The translations under genes and the position numbers were made by a program. A model generated the notes under the pieces. The model had not been told where the DNA came from. It saw only the letters and a program-made list of their open reading frames with translations, and did not search any database. From an uncultured Bacilli bacterium (GTDB lineage Bacteria; Bacillota_I; Bacilli_A; RF39; UBA660), in assembly GCA_934098375.1 (NCBI GenBank), contig CAKOOC010000003.1:6736-70735 (forward strand): a DNA stretch of 64,000 nt, in the 5' to 3' direction. Below are positions 17,638 to 27,204 of this stretch, in pieces (the stretch's first letter is position 1; the number at the start of each line of letters is the position of its first letter).

Positions 17638-19812
17638 TTATGAATAAGTTCCATCATAGATACCATGAACAAATAATTGACACTCTTTTTGTCTTCTTTT
17701 TGTAAGTGCTGATGCGTAAGCTTTATTAATTGATTTACTTACCCACCAATTAGAACATAAGGCATCACTTGAACCATATAAATTATAAGCTTCTACAAAA
17801 CCATTAATATTTCCCGCATTGTAATCTAAAATAGTTAAAGCATCAATTTGCTGTTGATTTAAATTTAAACCAGCACTAGCTAAAACACTTTTTACAGCTG
17901 TCATATCCTCATCAAGAATCATCATATGTACCTGATCAACAATACTTACAGGTATAGTCGTTCCACAATATTTATCATAAGGTGACGTTATATTAAATCC
18001 TAGATTATTAAATTTCTGATAATGATATGTTAATGTTACACCAATACCAACAGTAGGAACATCATTTGCATTGCAATAAACTTGATAACTATCACCAATA
18101 ATATTACCAGTTCCTTCTAAGCCCAGTAGCATTTGTAATAAATCTCCTCCAGCTGACGTGCTTCTGGGATTATCTAAACTTATAAAATCATTAGGATTTA
18201 CGACACTAGATTTACCACTACCATTTCTTACTTCAAAATATAAAGATGTAACATTTGTTTTTCCACTAGCACCCATTTTACCAATAACCTGTCCTTGACT
18301 AACTGAATCGCCTACATTTACGGTTATTGTTCCTTCATGTAAATGTCCATATAAAGTTGTATTACCATCAGCATGAATTATTGTAACATAATTTCCATAC
18401 CCACTACCACAATCTTTATCATCATTACTCTTACATTCATTATAAACTTCAGAAACTGTTCCAGTACTTACGGCAATTATATTTGTCATTCCAAGAGTCG
18501 CATTAGCAGTTATCTCAATTCCATAATTCTTATTATATTCATTTAAAACATCATCACGGCTTGTACCATAATCACGGTAAATTCTAGATGATTCTGGATC
18601 ACCAGACGCAAAAATTTTACCATCTTCTTCCGTTGTTTCAACACTTCCGATTGGCCACCAATATTTTAAACTACCAGCCTCATTATAAGAAGCATACGTT
18701 CCGCCATTAATTTCATATCCATTATAATTATGTAAAATATTTATAATTTGTTCAACTATTTTTGCTCTTACTTTCTTTAAATCTTCCTCGTATTGAGAAG
18801 CTAAGGATGAATCATTTTGGATTGCTTTATTAAATTCTTCCATAGAATTATAACCAGATTTTTCAAGTATACTTACATAATATTCTTGTAAATGAGGTTT
18901 TTTATCAAAATAATCCCCATTTTTTAAAAAGTCCCAATAGTAATTTTCATCCACAGATTGAGTACGTTCGACATTATATTTTGCATCAGTATTAAAACCA
19001 GCACTAGCCGCCTCAGCATCACAATCTTTTTGTCCACTGCTTTTTATTCCAAAAAAACTGCCAAGATTAGTCGCAAATTTATCCCAAGCACCAACTAATC
19101 CAGTTGAAATAGTAGCAGCACATACTTGATGATTTAAAATACCGTTTGTTGGTTCACCAACATCACAAATTAAAACTTCTTCTTGTTTTGTTGAAGTAGT
19201 ACCATCATTATTAGTGATTACCAAATTTCTCGTTTCATATGTACCTTCTTTATAACCGATACACATAGATTTATAACCAATCATAGATTTAACTAACAAT
19301 TTTAAAGTATCCGTTTCGTTCGCAAAATAATCAAGTACAGATTGATTATCAGGATCATCATTATCAGGATCATATGAATCTATATTCTCATTACCATCAT
19401 AATTATATGCTCCCTTATTAGTATTATTTTTATTTTGATAAACTGTTCCATCATCATTAAACATATCCAAAGATAAATTAAAATAAGTCGTTGCAATAAT
19501 TATTAAATCAGTATTGGAATTAAATTTAACACCCTTTTTTTCATATTTAGCAAGTATTTTATATAATCTAGTATAAAATTGTCTTTGTCCTTCCAAAATT
19601 TGCTCAGTACAATCATCACTATCAGAAGAATCACTACATTTATTTGTCCAATAACCTTTATTAAATTTTGCAAATTCATCAAAATCAAAATCACTATATT
19701 TAAAATTATTAGCTTTTACATTTAAATTTATGCTAAAAAAAGTTATCAAAAAAACTGATATAATAAATACCATTTTTTTTGATAACTTAAAATTATTTAC
19801 AAATTTTAGCAT
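17638..19812 (-). CDS. Secreted bifunctional cell-wall hydrolase: M23 (LytM) peptidase plus a lysozyme-like (phage-type muramidase) C-terminal domain
   Basis: The M23 core is GYGNYVTIIHADGNTTLYGHLHE...GQVIGKMGASG. The C-terminal part is GLEGTGN...NDVPTVGIGVT...LDYNAGN. Signal peptide present. RBS GAGGTGG. Confidence 0.75.
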   Translation of the reverse strand: MLKFVNNFKLSKKMVFIISVFLITFFSINLNVKANNFKYSDFDFDEFAKFNKGYWTNKCSDSSDSDDCTEQILEGQRQFYTRLYKILAKYEKKGVKFNSNTDLIIIATTYFNLSLDMFNDDGTVYQNKNNTNKGAYNYDGNENIDSYDPDNDDPDNQSVLDYFANETDTLKLLVKSMIGYKSMCIGYKEGTYETRNLVITNNDGTTSTKQEEVLICDVGEPTNGILNHQVCAATISTGLVGAWDKFATNLGSFFGIKSSGQKDCDAEAASAGFNTDAKYNVERTQSVDENYYWDFLKNGDYFDKKPHLQEYYVSILEKSGYNSMEEFNKAIQNDSSLASQYEEDLKKVRAKIVEQIINILHNYNGYEINGGTYASYNEAGSLKYWWPIGSVETTEEDGKIFASGDPESSRIYRDYGTSRDDVLNEYNKNYGIEITANATLGMTNIIAVSTGTVSEVYNECKSNDDKDCGSGYGNYVTIIHADGNTTLYGHLHEGTITVNVGDSVSQGQVIGKMGASGKTNVTSLYFEVRNGSGKSSVVNPNDFISLDNPRSTSAGGDLLQMLLGLEGTGNIIGDSYQVYCNANDVPTVGIGVTLTYHYQKFNNLGFNITSPYDKYCGTTIPVSIVDQVHMMILDEDMTAVKSVLASAGLNLNQQQIDALTILDYNAGNINGFVEAYNLYGSSDALCSNWWVSKSINKAYASALTKRRQKECQLFVHGIYDGTYS

Positions 19813-19834
19813 AAACTACCACCTCTATAAATAA

Positions 19835-21631
19835 CTATAAACCGCCACCTGCACCAAACGAATCTAACTCTTCTTGAGTTACAACAACATTAATTCTCAT
19901 TCTTCTATTTCCACATACAAATAATGCATCACCCTGGCTATATGACTTAATACTTTCTTTTTCATTATCATTTAAATCAATTAATTTAGCCAAATCCTCA
20001 ACTGCTTGCTTTTTTAACCCCATTACTAAGTAATAAGAAGCATTATCAAAAATTGCTTTACCATGCATTATTACATTATCAGCCGCAAAATCTGTAGGTT
20101 GCTGTGTGATTATAATTGTTCCTGTATTATATTTACGGCTTCTTCTTTGTATTTGCGCTAAAAATTCGGCACCAAGTTCATTTCTTGCTGAAAGAAGAAC
20201 ATGAGCTTCATCCACATACATAACTGTATTAGTTGATTTATCTAAGCATAATCCCCACGCATATTTTAAAATGTTAAAGAATAATGCATTTCTTATATTT
20301 TCATCACTATTCATTAATTCTTTAATGTTAAATACAATAAATTCACTATCTGTTTGAAGAGTTGTATGACCATTAAAATAATACCTTAATTCTTTTACAA
20401 AAGGTCTTACTCTAAGTTCTAATCTTTCCATTACATCTTTTTCTCTAGTAGCTTCTGGCATTGATAATAATTTACCTTTAATCGTTGCATAAACATCATC
20501 AAATGTAGGATAATCCTTACTAGTTAAATGACTAAAATCACTCTCAAAACTAATTCCAAATCTTTTATAAGTATCTTGTACAACTTCACTAAACATAGCA
20601 AGTACATCATCTTCAATGGCTGGATAATAATATTTCATAAAAGCCTTTAAAGATTGAAGAGTTCTTGTTAAAACGGTATAACCTAAACCATCTGCTAACT
20701 CATCTTCATCAGCATCATATACAACTTCTAAAGGATTTATAATCCCATATTCTCCACCTTTACCAAGATCAATAAAATCTCCACCAAAGTTTTTAGTCAT
20801 TTCTTCTAATTCGCCTTCAGGATCTATAGCAATAATTTTACAGCCATTTCTAATATGAGTTCTAAGCATTAGTTTTGCCGCTGTACTTTTACCAGAACCA
20901 GAAGAACCTAAAATAATTAAGTTAGCATTATTTCTGTTATGTTCTTTTTTTATTTGATATAAAAATTGGTTAAAAAGCACTACCCCGCCAGAAAAGTCAA
21001 CACCAAGTAAAGTTGCTGAACCAGGATCTTTAATACTATCAAAGATAAATGGATACATAGCCGCAATTGTTGGACTAGGTATTGGAATACCAACTCTATC
21101 TTCTATGTCTTGTTTAGGGAAAATTGGAAGCATTGATTTTAAAACCTTTTCTTGTTCAAACATCATCGGAATGCCTCTCATTCCCATTGCATCTAAGAAG
21201 TTTCTAAGTTGCATTTTTTTATTATTTAGTTCTTCCTGTGTATCAGCTAAAATCATTAAATGCATTTGAAAATCAAAAATTCGAGATTGCGTTGCAGCAA
21301 GCATTTGAACAAAAGACTCTAATGATTCATAATCTTGTCTTATTCTTTCTTGTATAGTACGGTCATTTTCCTTTTGATATCTAGCTTTTAAATCAGCTAT
21401 TTCTTTATTAATCATTCTACTCATTGTTGAAAACTCGATAGGAATATGTTTAACAACAACTTTTACTCCAGGAATTTGCGTAATATTAGATAAAAAACCA
21501 GGGCCAATAACTTTAGGGTAACTAATAACTGTTAAAATCGTGGCATACTTATCACTTACAAAAAACTCATTTATACTCTTACTAAAGTCAATTCCTTTAG
21601 GAGCAATTTCACTTTTAAATATATTAGACAT
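19835..21631 (-). CDS. virB4: VirB4-family T4SS ATPase, C-terminal 598 aa (ATPase part) of a split gene
   Basis: Walker A is GSSGSGKSTAAK and Walker B is VMYVDEAH. Also RKYNTGTIIITQQP. The start lies inside an ATGTCTAA 8-nt overlap with the upstream ORF. Confidence 0.85.
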   Translation of the reverse strand: MSNIFKSEIAPKGIDFSKSINEFFVSDKYATILTVISYPKVIGPGFLSNITQIPGVKVVVKHIPIEFSTMSRMINKEIADLKARYQKENDRTIQERIRQDYESLESFVQMLAATQSRIFDFQMHLMILADTQEELNNKKMQLRNFLDAMGMRGIPMMFEQEKVLKSMLPIFPKQDIEDRVGIPIPSPTIAAMYPFIFDSIKDPGSATLLGVDFSGGVVLFNQFLYQIKKEHNRNNANLIILGSSGSGKSTAAKLMLRTHIRNGCKIIAIDPEGELEEMTKNFGGDFIDLGKGGEYGIINPLEVVYDADEDELADGLGYTVLTRTLQSLKAFMKYYYPAIEDDVLAMFSEVVQDTYKRFGISFESDFSHLTSKDYPTFDDVYATIKGKLLSMPEATREKDVMERLELRVRPFVKELRYYFNGHTTLQTDSEFIVFNIKELMNSDENIRNALFFNILKYAWGLCLDKSTNTVMYVDEAHVLLSARNELGAEFLAQIQRRSRKYNTGTIIITQQPTDFAADNVIMHGKAIFDNASYYLVMGLKKQAVEDLAKLIDLNDNEKESIKSYSQGDALFVCGNRRMRINVVVTQEELDSFGAGGGL

Positions 21632-22181
21632 TAGTCATCACCGTCCCATATTCATTTTTTGCTCCCCCATTTAAGAAGTTCTGCAATAAAAACTTCAAAT
21701 CTTCATCACTAGTCTGTCTTGATATCATCCCAATTGATGCTAAATTACTAATTAAAGTTTGAATTCTTTTTTGAACAACCTCTAATTTTTTATCTCTAAA
21801 TAGAATAAAATATTCCGTATCAACAACGTTAATAGCGCTACTTTGAAACATTTCTGCTTTAGACATATCCTGACCTATAATTTTTCTAATTGTCTGTGAT
21901 GGTGCATTATCAAATTGAAGTTGTAAATTGGAAATATATAAGTTTATATCAACTGGTCTATCAGCAACTATTAACCAAAATTCGTAATTAATAGTATTAT
22001 AAAAGTTTCTAAAATTAAATATAATATTATTTTGCGTCTGATAATCTAAAATAAAGATATTCTTAGGCTCAATCTTAATTCCTGTAACATAATAATTATT
22101 ATCAAGAATTATCATTCCATTTTGTATAGTTTTTACTGGTATCCAATCTTCAGTATATTTACTTTGATTGATCTTTGCCAT
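21624..22181 (-). CDS. VirB4 N-terminal domain encoded as a separate 185-aa ORF
   Basis: EDWIPVKTIQNGMIILDNNYYVTGIKIEPKNIFILD resembles the N-terminus of Firmicutes VirB4/TcpF/Orf16-type ATPases. Combined, 185+598 aa approximates a full-length VirB4. Confidence 0.6.
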   Translation of the reverse strand: MAKINQSKYTEDWIPVKTIQNGMIILDNNYYVTGIKIEPKNIFILDYQTQNNIIFNFRNFYNTINYEFWLIVADRPVDINLYISNLQLQFDNAPSQTIRKIIGQDMSKAEMFQSSAINVVDTEYFILFRDKKLEVVQKRIQTLISNLASIGMISRQTSDEDLKFLLQNFLNGGAKNEYGTVMTNV

Positions 22182-22482
22182 AATTAATGCACCATCCTTT
22201 CCAATAGTATGTTCTTCTATTTGTATAATATCTATAAATATTTGTAAGCATTGTTACAACATTATGCTGATTAGGTATCGGTAAAACCAAAAAGGTACTT
22301 ATAAGAGCCGGTAACAAGACAATTAACGCACCCTTTAAAGTTTCAACGGATATTGAAAACATAAATATTAGTGTTATCAATAAACCAGTTCCAAATATTA
22401 CTAAATCTAACTTTGTAAAAAAACCTAATATCAGCATTGACTTTTTGGAATTTGCTGGTATCAAAAAATTATTATTACCCAC
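22159..22482 (-). CDS. VirB3/PrgI-like small membrane protein
   Basis: 107 aa with two TM helices, located directly upstream of and overlapping VirB4. GTG start with RBS AGGAGA. Confidence 0.55.
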   Translation of the reverse strand: MGNNNFLIPANSKKSMLILGFFTKLDLVIFGTGLLITLIFMFSISVETLKGALIVLLPALISTFLVLPIPNQHNVVTMLTNIYRYYTNRRTYYWKGWCINYGKDQSK

Positions 22483-22497
22483 TTTTCATCTTCTCCT

Positions 22498-22917
22498 TTA
22501 TTTCATTTCAAAAATTTCTAACTTCTGAAGTTGATCACTACATTTTTTGTAGTTTAAATAATAATCTAAACCAGAAAGAAATTGTGAAATGCTTTGTGGA
22601 ACTTGTAGTCCTAGTTTATTAGAAGTCATATAATTTTGAATTAAGGATTTATTAAGTTCCATCATTGTATCTTTTATAATTTCTGGAAATTTAGTTTTCA
22701 GTTCGTCAACTAGTCTTCCAATAAGCATCTCATATTCAGCATCAATTCTATCTAACATCATTATTTCTTGTGCATCTGGCAAATTCATTTGAAAAACACG
22801 AGCTTGCTTAACTTTTTTTGCAGTTTCAATATCTTCAATTTTACTCATTTCAATAGTATTGTACATTAGTAAAAATCTTACAACATAATCTTCACAAAAA
22901 TCTTTTTCACTCATCAT
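22498..22917 (-). CDS. Hypothetical cytoplasmic helical protein (139 aa)
   Basis: ORF overlaps the upstream VirB6-like gene stop by 4 nt. No motif recognised. Confidence 0.4.
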   Translation of the reverse strand: MMSEKDFCEDYVVRFLLMYNTIEMSKIEDIETAKKVKQARVFQMNLPDAQEIMMLDRIDAEYEMLIGRLVDELKTKFPEIIKDTMMELNKSLIQNYMTSNKLGLQVPQSISQFLSGLDYYLNYKKCSDQLQKLEIFEMK

Positions 22918-25784
22918 TTTTTCTTTTCACCACTACTTTCCTTTTTCTTAGAATTAAATGCAGCAAGTTCAGAAACATTATAAGCAGAAGCCATTGATTT
23001 TCCTAACTGTTCAAGAATTTTAACTGTTTCCACAGTAATAGGATCATTCCCTCTTATATCAGAGAATACACCATCTAATGCAGCTTGACATTCATCTAAT
23101 GACGCTGTAGGTGTTAAATTTAATAACTTTCTCATGTCATTATTATAAATAGCAGCTTGAGATACATCATTCATTTTTCTAATATCAGAAAGTATTTCGT
23201 TAGTTACTTCTGGACTACAAGCATATCGAAGCGTTTCTCTATCTTTATTAAGAGCAGTAACCTTAGCGTCATATTTTTTACTATCGGTATCTGTTTTAAT
23301 ATCAGCAATTTGTTTAGCTTCCGCAGCGCTAATTGCTGATATAGCTTGATTATACTTATTAGTTAAATCCGTGGTTGCCTTCGCCGTATTAGCATCAACA
23401 GTACTATAACTGTCATTGATTTGTCTAACGTCATTATCAGCGTTTTGTTTAACTTGAGTGATCTTCACTCGTTTTTCAGCATCACTTAATGTCGTATCAT
23501 TATTAATATTATCAATTAAAAACTGTGCTTCATTTTTAACAACATCGATAACATCCGTCACATTAGAACTATTTAACCTAGTAATTTTTCGCTCTTTATC
23601 CAATTCCAATTGTTTTTTCGCAGATGCCTTAGCTTCCGCAGTTAATGAAACATCATTGTCAATTTTAATACATTCATCTTTATATCTTTGTTCAAATACA
23701 CTACTATAAGTAGTAGTTATATTAGATACAGCATTTCGTTTTTGCAATGTAGCTGCATCATTTACTGCTGAAATATCATTATTATAATTTATTGTTTGTT
23801 CTAAAACACTTTGTTGAGTAGTATTATAAACAGCACTTTCTCTCGCTGCTTTTTCCGCTTTAATATCATCATCTTTAGCTTTCATTCCTTTAAGACCCGT
23901 AATCCTATCTACAGAACCTTTTGCTTCCGCAATCAAAGCTTTATCAGCAGAAACTTTTGCTGTTGTAGATGTTTTTAAAGCCGTATTAATTTTACTAACA
24001 ACCCATGAACCATAATCTTTTACAGGGTTTCCGTTTTGATCCAAAACACCCTCTTTATCAGGAACTGAGTCATACCATTCAGCTACAGCGCCCTGTACTG
24101 ATGGGAAAACATATGAACCAGTATTAAATCTATTTTTAATTGCACGTTGTCTTCTTGCTGTACGTTTTATATTTTGTTCTTCATATCTCTTTTCATTTGC
24201 ACTTGCTTGAGCACCAATTGTATCACCTAGCTTGTCAATATCAACATTTCCTGCCGCTACGCCACGAGCAACGGTGCCAACTCCTCTAGCAGCAGTTCTT
24301 AATGCAGCACCACCAACTCCTAAAACCGTTGAAGCAGCATGAACAGCACTATCAGCAACTCTACCAGCACCACTTAAATTCTCACGGTACCTTCTTCTTC
24401 TTTCATTAAATGCATCTCTTTCATCTTTTCTTTTTAATCTTGCATCATATTGATCAGTACCCTTAACAAAACTAGCAATTCTATTCCATCCCCATTTAGC
24501 AACTCCTGCACCTAGCGCACCAGCACCAACAGCAGCTCTTTTGCCGTATTCATTCTCATTAAGTTTTCTCTTAATACTCATTTGTGGAACTTTTATGCTG
24601 AATAATTCTTCAATTAATTTTGGTGCATCTTTTGCAAATTGTAAAACACCTAAAATAACTATTACAAAAGCAATTAATTTTATAAATCCATTTTCACTAC
24701 CAGAAAATACTGAAGCAATAGGTCCATTTTCAGAACATAATAATTGTATTGTAAATAAGGCAAAATAAATAACTAATAATCTTTCAAACACCATTAAGTA
24801 TGTTTTAGATAATTCCTTTAGCCATTTATCGAATGATCCACCTTTAGGTTTAGTAATTCGCAAAATTACAGGAACTGGTGCAATTAATTGTAAAATACCT
24901 AATTTAGCAACCCTAACACCCATATCAAGAGCAAAAGACAATAATAAATATGCTGCAACAATACCAGCAGCAGTACTTATAACTGGCAAATACTCAATCT
25001 TATTACCAATTTCATCAATAAAAGTTGCAGATCTAAGTCTGCTCATATTTCCACAGACTAATGAGCTATCAATTGCACGAACATAAGAAGCACATATTGG
25101 TTCTGAAGTATTACTTTTGCAATCATTATATGTATAAGTTTTTCCATCAATCACTGGATGAAAAAAAGCTGTGAAAATCGTGATTGAAAGGTCGTAACCG
25201 GCGTATTTTGAATCAAAACTACCGTTACTAGGATTTGAGCATTTATATTTAGATAAATTATCTAATATTCCTCCTGTACCTTCCTTAGACGAATTATCAG
25301 TACTACTGGTATTAGTATCAATTGATGCACCAAATACAATTCTAGATAAAACATTTGTATCTAAAACTCTGTTTTGTATTCTCTGTAAATAATTAAACCC
25401 AGTTGGTAGTAAAGCAACTATTATAAGTGATATTATTAAATTCTTTATGATACCAAGCATTGAACTATCGCTTTTATCATCTAATGTATCTGGATTTATG
25501 ATTAATTTAAGTATATTATAAGCAAGAACAAAAAGCATAACGATACCTAAAATACTATAAATTCTATTAGTCAACATTTCAAATTGGCTCGAACCACCAT
25601 CAGTACTTCTAGAAAAAAGTTGAACTTGAGCTACTTTATTAAAAATTTGATAAAAAACACTTACAAGATAATATACAATCCCATCAAGAAATAATAAAAT
25701 AGAGTATAATTTACCCATGAACCAATCGCTTATACCGGCCACAACGTCATCAGCAACGGACATATTTAATAAAAACTTTATCAT
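22914..25784 (-). CDS. VirB6/TcpH-like polytopic T4SS membrane protein with a long Ala/Gly-rich and coiled-coil C-terminal extension
   Basis: About 6-8 TM helices in the first roughly 400 aa. A GAGALGAGVAKWGW segment follows, then about 500 aa of polar helical repeats. The gene lies between the pilin-like genes and VirB3/VirB4. Confidence 0.55.
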   Translation of the reverse strand: MIKFLLNMSVADDVVAGISDWFMGKLYSILLFLDGIVYYLVSVFYQIFNKVAQVQLFSRSTDGGSSQFEMLTNRIYSILGIVMLFVLAYNILKLIINPDTLDDKSDSSMLGIIKNLIISLIIVALLPTGFNYLQRIQNRVLDTNVLSRIVFGASIDTNTSSTDNSSKEGTGGILDNLSKYKCSNPSNGSFDSKYAGYDLSITIFTAFFHPVIDGKTYTYNDCKSNTSEPICASYVRAIDSSLVCGNMSRLRSATFIDEIGNKIEYLPVISTAAGIVAAYLLLSFALDMGVRVAKLGILQLIAPVPVILRITKPKGGSFDKWLKELSKTYLMVFERLLVIYFALFTIQLLCSENGPIASVFSGSENGFIKLIAFVIVILGVLQFAKDAPKLIEELFSIKVPQMSIKRKLNENEYGKRAAVGAGALGAGVAKWGWNRIASFVKGTDQYDARLKRKDERDAFNERRRRYRENLSGAGRVADSAVHAASTVLGVGGAALRTAARGVGTVARGVAAGNVDIDKLGDTIGAQASANEKRYEEQNIKRTARRQRAIKNRFNTGSYVFPSVQGAVAEWYDSVPDKEGVLDQNGNPVKDYGSWVVSKINTALKTSTTAKVSADKALIAEAKGSVDRITGLKGMKAKDDDIKAEKAARESAVYNTTQQSVLEQTINYNNDISAVNDAATLQKRNAVSNITTTYSSVFEQRYKDECIKIDNDVSLTAEAKASAKKQLELDKERKITRLNSSNVTDVIDVVKNEAQFLIDNINNDTTLSDAEKRVKITQVKQNADNDVRQINDSYSTVDANTAKATTDLTNKYNQAISAISAAEAKQIADIKTDTDSKKYDAKVTALNKDRETLRYACSPEVTNEILSDIRKMNDVSQAAIYNNDMRKLLNLTPTASLDECQAALDGVFSDIRGNDPITVETVKILEQLGKSMASAYNVSELAAFNSKKKESSGEKKK

Positions 25785-25798
25785 ACTTTTACTCCCTT

Positions 25799-26668
25799 CT
25801 ATTTAATGCAAGTTGAATAATCACCGCTATCAATTAAATCCAGTACCAAATTTAAAAATGTCGGAAGTAACCATAAAGCTGCTATCAAAAATAATCTTTT
25901 TATTAATCTTTTGTTTGCTTTTTTTAATTCGTCTGCATTTTTCATAAATAAAACTGCCAAATACTCATAAACTGATATAACTGCCGCAAGAAGTGGTGCA
26001 AATATTCTTATCATATCAAGTATTGATTGTAAGTCACCTTTAAAATCACCTAAAATACTGCAATCAGCATTATTACCATTATCGCTATCTATAATATCAG
26101 ATCCAGATGTATTATTATTGCTATTATTGTTATTATTAGTTCCTGAATTGTTTGAATTATTATTACCATTAGAATTATTTCCAGAAACCACATTATTTAC
26201 TGTGCTGGCATATGAATGACAAGAACCACCAGACCATTTACACCCAGCTTCTTTACAATTGTATTCCAACGATTTATCTGTTGCCATTATTGATACACAT
26301 GTATTATCTTTAATATTTCCACCTCTAGGCGTTGTTATAATAACATCTACATCAGATTTTAATGCGGCTTGAGCCACAACGCTTCCTTCTATATAATAAT
26401 TAACATTACATTTATAATTTCCATTGGTTAATTTTCCACTTATATTAACTTCCACATCTAATTTTGTAGAATTTACCGAATTAAAATTTGCTATAGTACT
26501 TCCATTACATATAAGAACAGCTTCTGTAATATTTTTCTTTGGGTTAAAATCTATATACATTTTTCCCTCATTTAAATCATAAGTTATAATATCTTTTGCA
26601 AATACAATACTCTTAAATGAAAAGAAAGACACTAACACCAAAATTATAATATTCCATTTTTTTATCAT
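25799..26668 (-). CDS. Fusion protein: secreted Cys-containing N-terminal domain, Asn/Gly/Ser linker, and a C-terminal VirB2-like two-helix T4SS pilin domain
   Basis: Signal peptide MIKKWNIIILVLVSFFSFKSIVFA, with RBS AAGGTGA before the ATG at 26668. The C-terminus CSILGDF...APLLAAVISVYEYLAV...DELKKANKRLIKRLFLIAALWLLPTFL...DYSTCIK aligns with the ORFs at 26779-27129 and 29065-30048. Confidence 0.6.
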   Translation of the reverse strand: MIKKWNIIILVLVSFFSFKSIVFAKDIITYDLNEGKMYIDFNPKKNITEAVLICNGSTIANFNSVNSTKLDVEVNISGKLTNGNYKCNVNYYIEGSVVAQAALKSDVDVIITTPRGGNIKDNTCVSIMATDKSLEYNCKEAGCKWSGGSCHSYASTVNNVVSGNNSNGNNNSNNSGTNNNNNSNNNTSGSDIIDSDNGNNADCSILGDFKGDLQSILDMIRIFAPLLAAVISVYEYLAVLFMKNADELKKANKRLIKRLFLIAALWLLPTFLNLVLDLIDSGDYSTCIK

Positions 26669-26753
26669 AACTAATTTCACCTTAAATTCCATTTAAACAA
26701 TTGTATTTGACAGAAAAATCCTTTAAATACACTATTCCATTAAAAATTATAAC

Positions 26754-26781
26754 ATAAAAAAAAACAACAGTAAAGTTGTTA
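26754..26781 (-). terminator. Rho-independent terminator or attenuator right after the stand-alone pilin-like gene
   Basis: On the minus strand: AACAAC-TTTACT-GTTGTT followed by a run of T. It overlaps the stop codon. Confidence 0.6.
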
Positions 26782-27129
26782 TTTTTTCCAAGGATATAAA
26801 ATACTATTACGGCAAGTATCGAAACCAGCAGCTTCTTCAGCAGTTGAATAATCACTTAATGTACCAAATAACCATAAAACAATTGATGGTATAAAGAATA
26901 TTACTACGCCAGAAAGTGCACGCATACCAAGACTTTTAGCAGACTTTTTAATTTCGTCATCCTTACTAGCAACAACTGCTTTACCAAAATCAAACATACC
27001 ATAAGCAATAATTAATAATGGAATTGCAATTTTAAATATAGTTAATATCCAACCAGCAAAAGTTAAAATTTCTTTGGCATTTGTACAAAAATCGCCAACA
27101 TCCCAACCACTTAATAATAAATTACTCAT
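26779..27129 (-). CDS. Stand-alone VirB2-like (Gram-positive T4SS pilin family) two-helix protein; candidate major pilin
   Basis: 116 aa. TM1 is AGWILTIFKIAIPLLIIAYGMFDF. The basic loop is KDDEIKKSAKSLGMR. TM2 is ALSGVVIFFIPSIVLWLF. Cys residues flank both helices. The gene is followed by its own terminator. Confidence 0.6.
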   Translation of the reverse strand: MSNLLLSGWDVGDFCTNAKEILTFAGWILTIFKIAIPLLIIAYGMFDFGKAVVASKDDEIKKSAKSLGMRALSGVVIFFIPSIVLWLFGTLSDYSTAEEAAGFDTCRNSILYPWKK

Positions 27130-27204
27130 AAAATTCTCTCCCTTACAACACTTAAATTATATATTATTTTAATAACTATTGTCAACAAAATTATCGAAAC
27201 TTGC

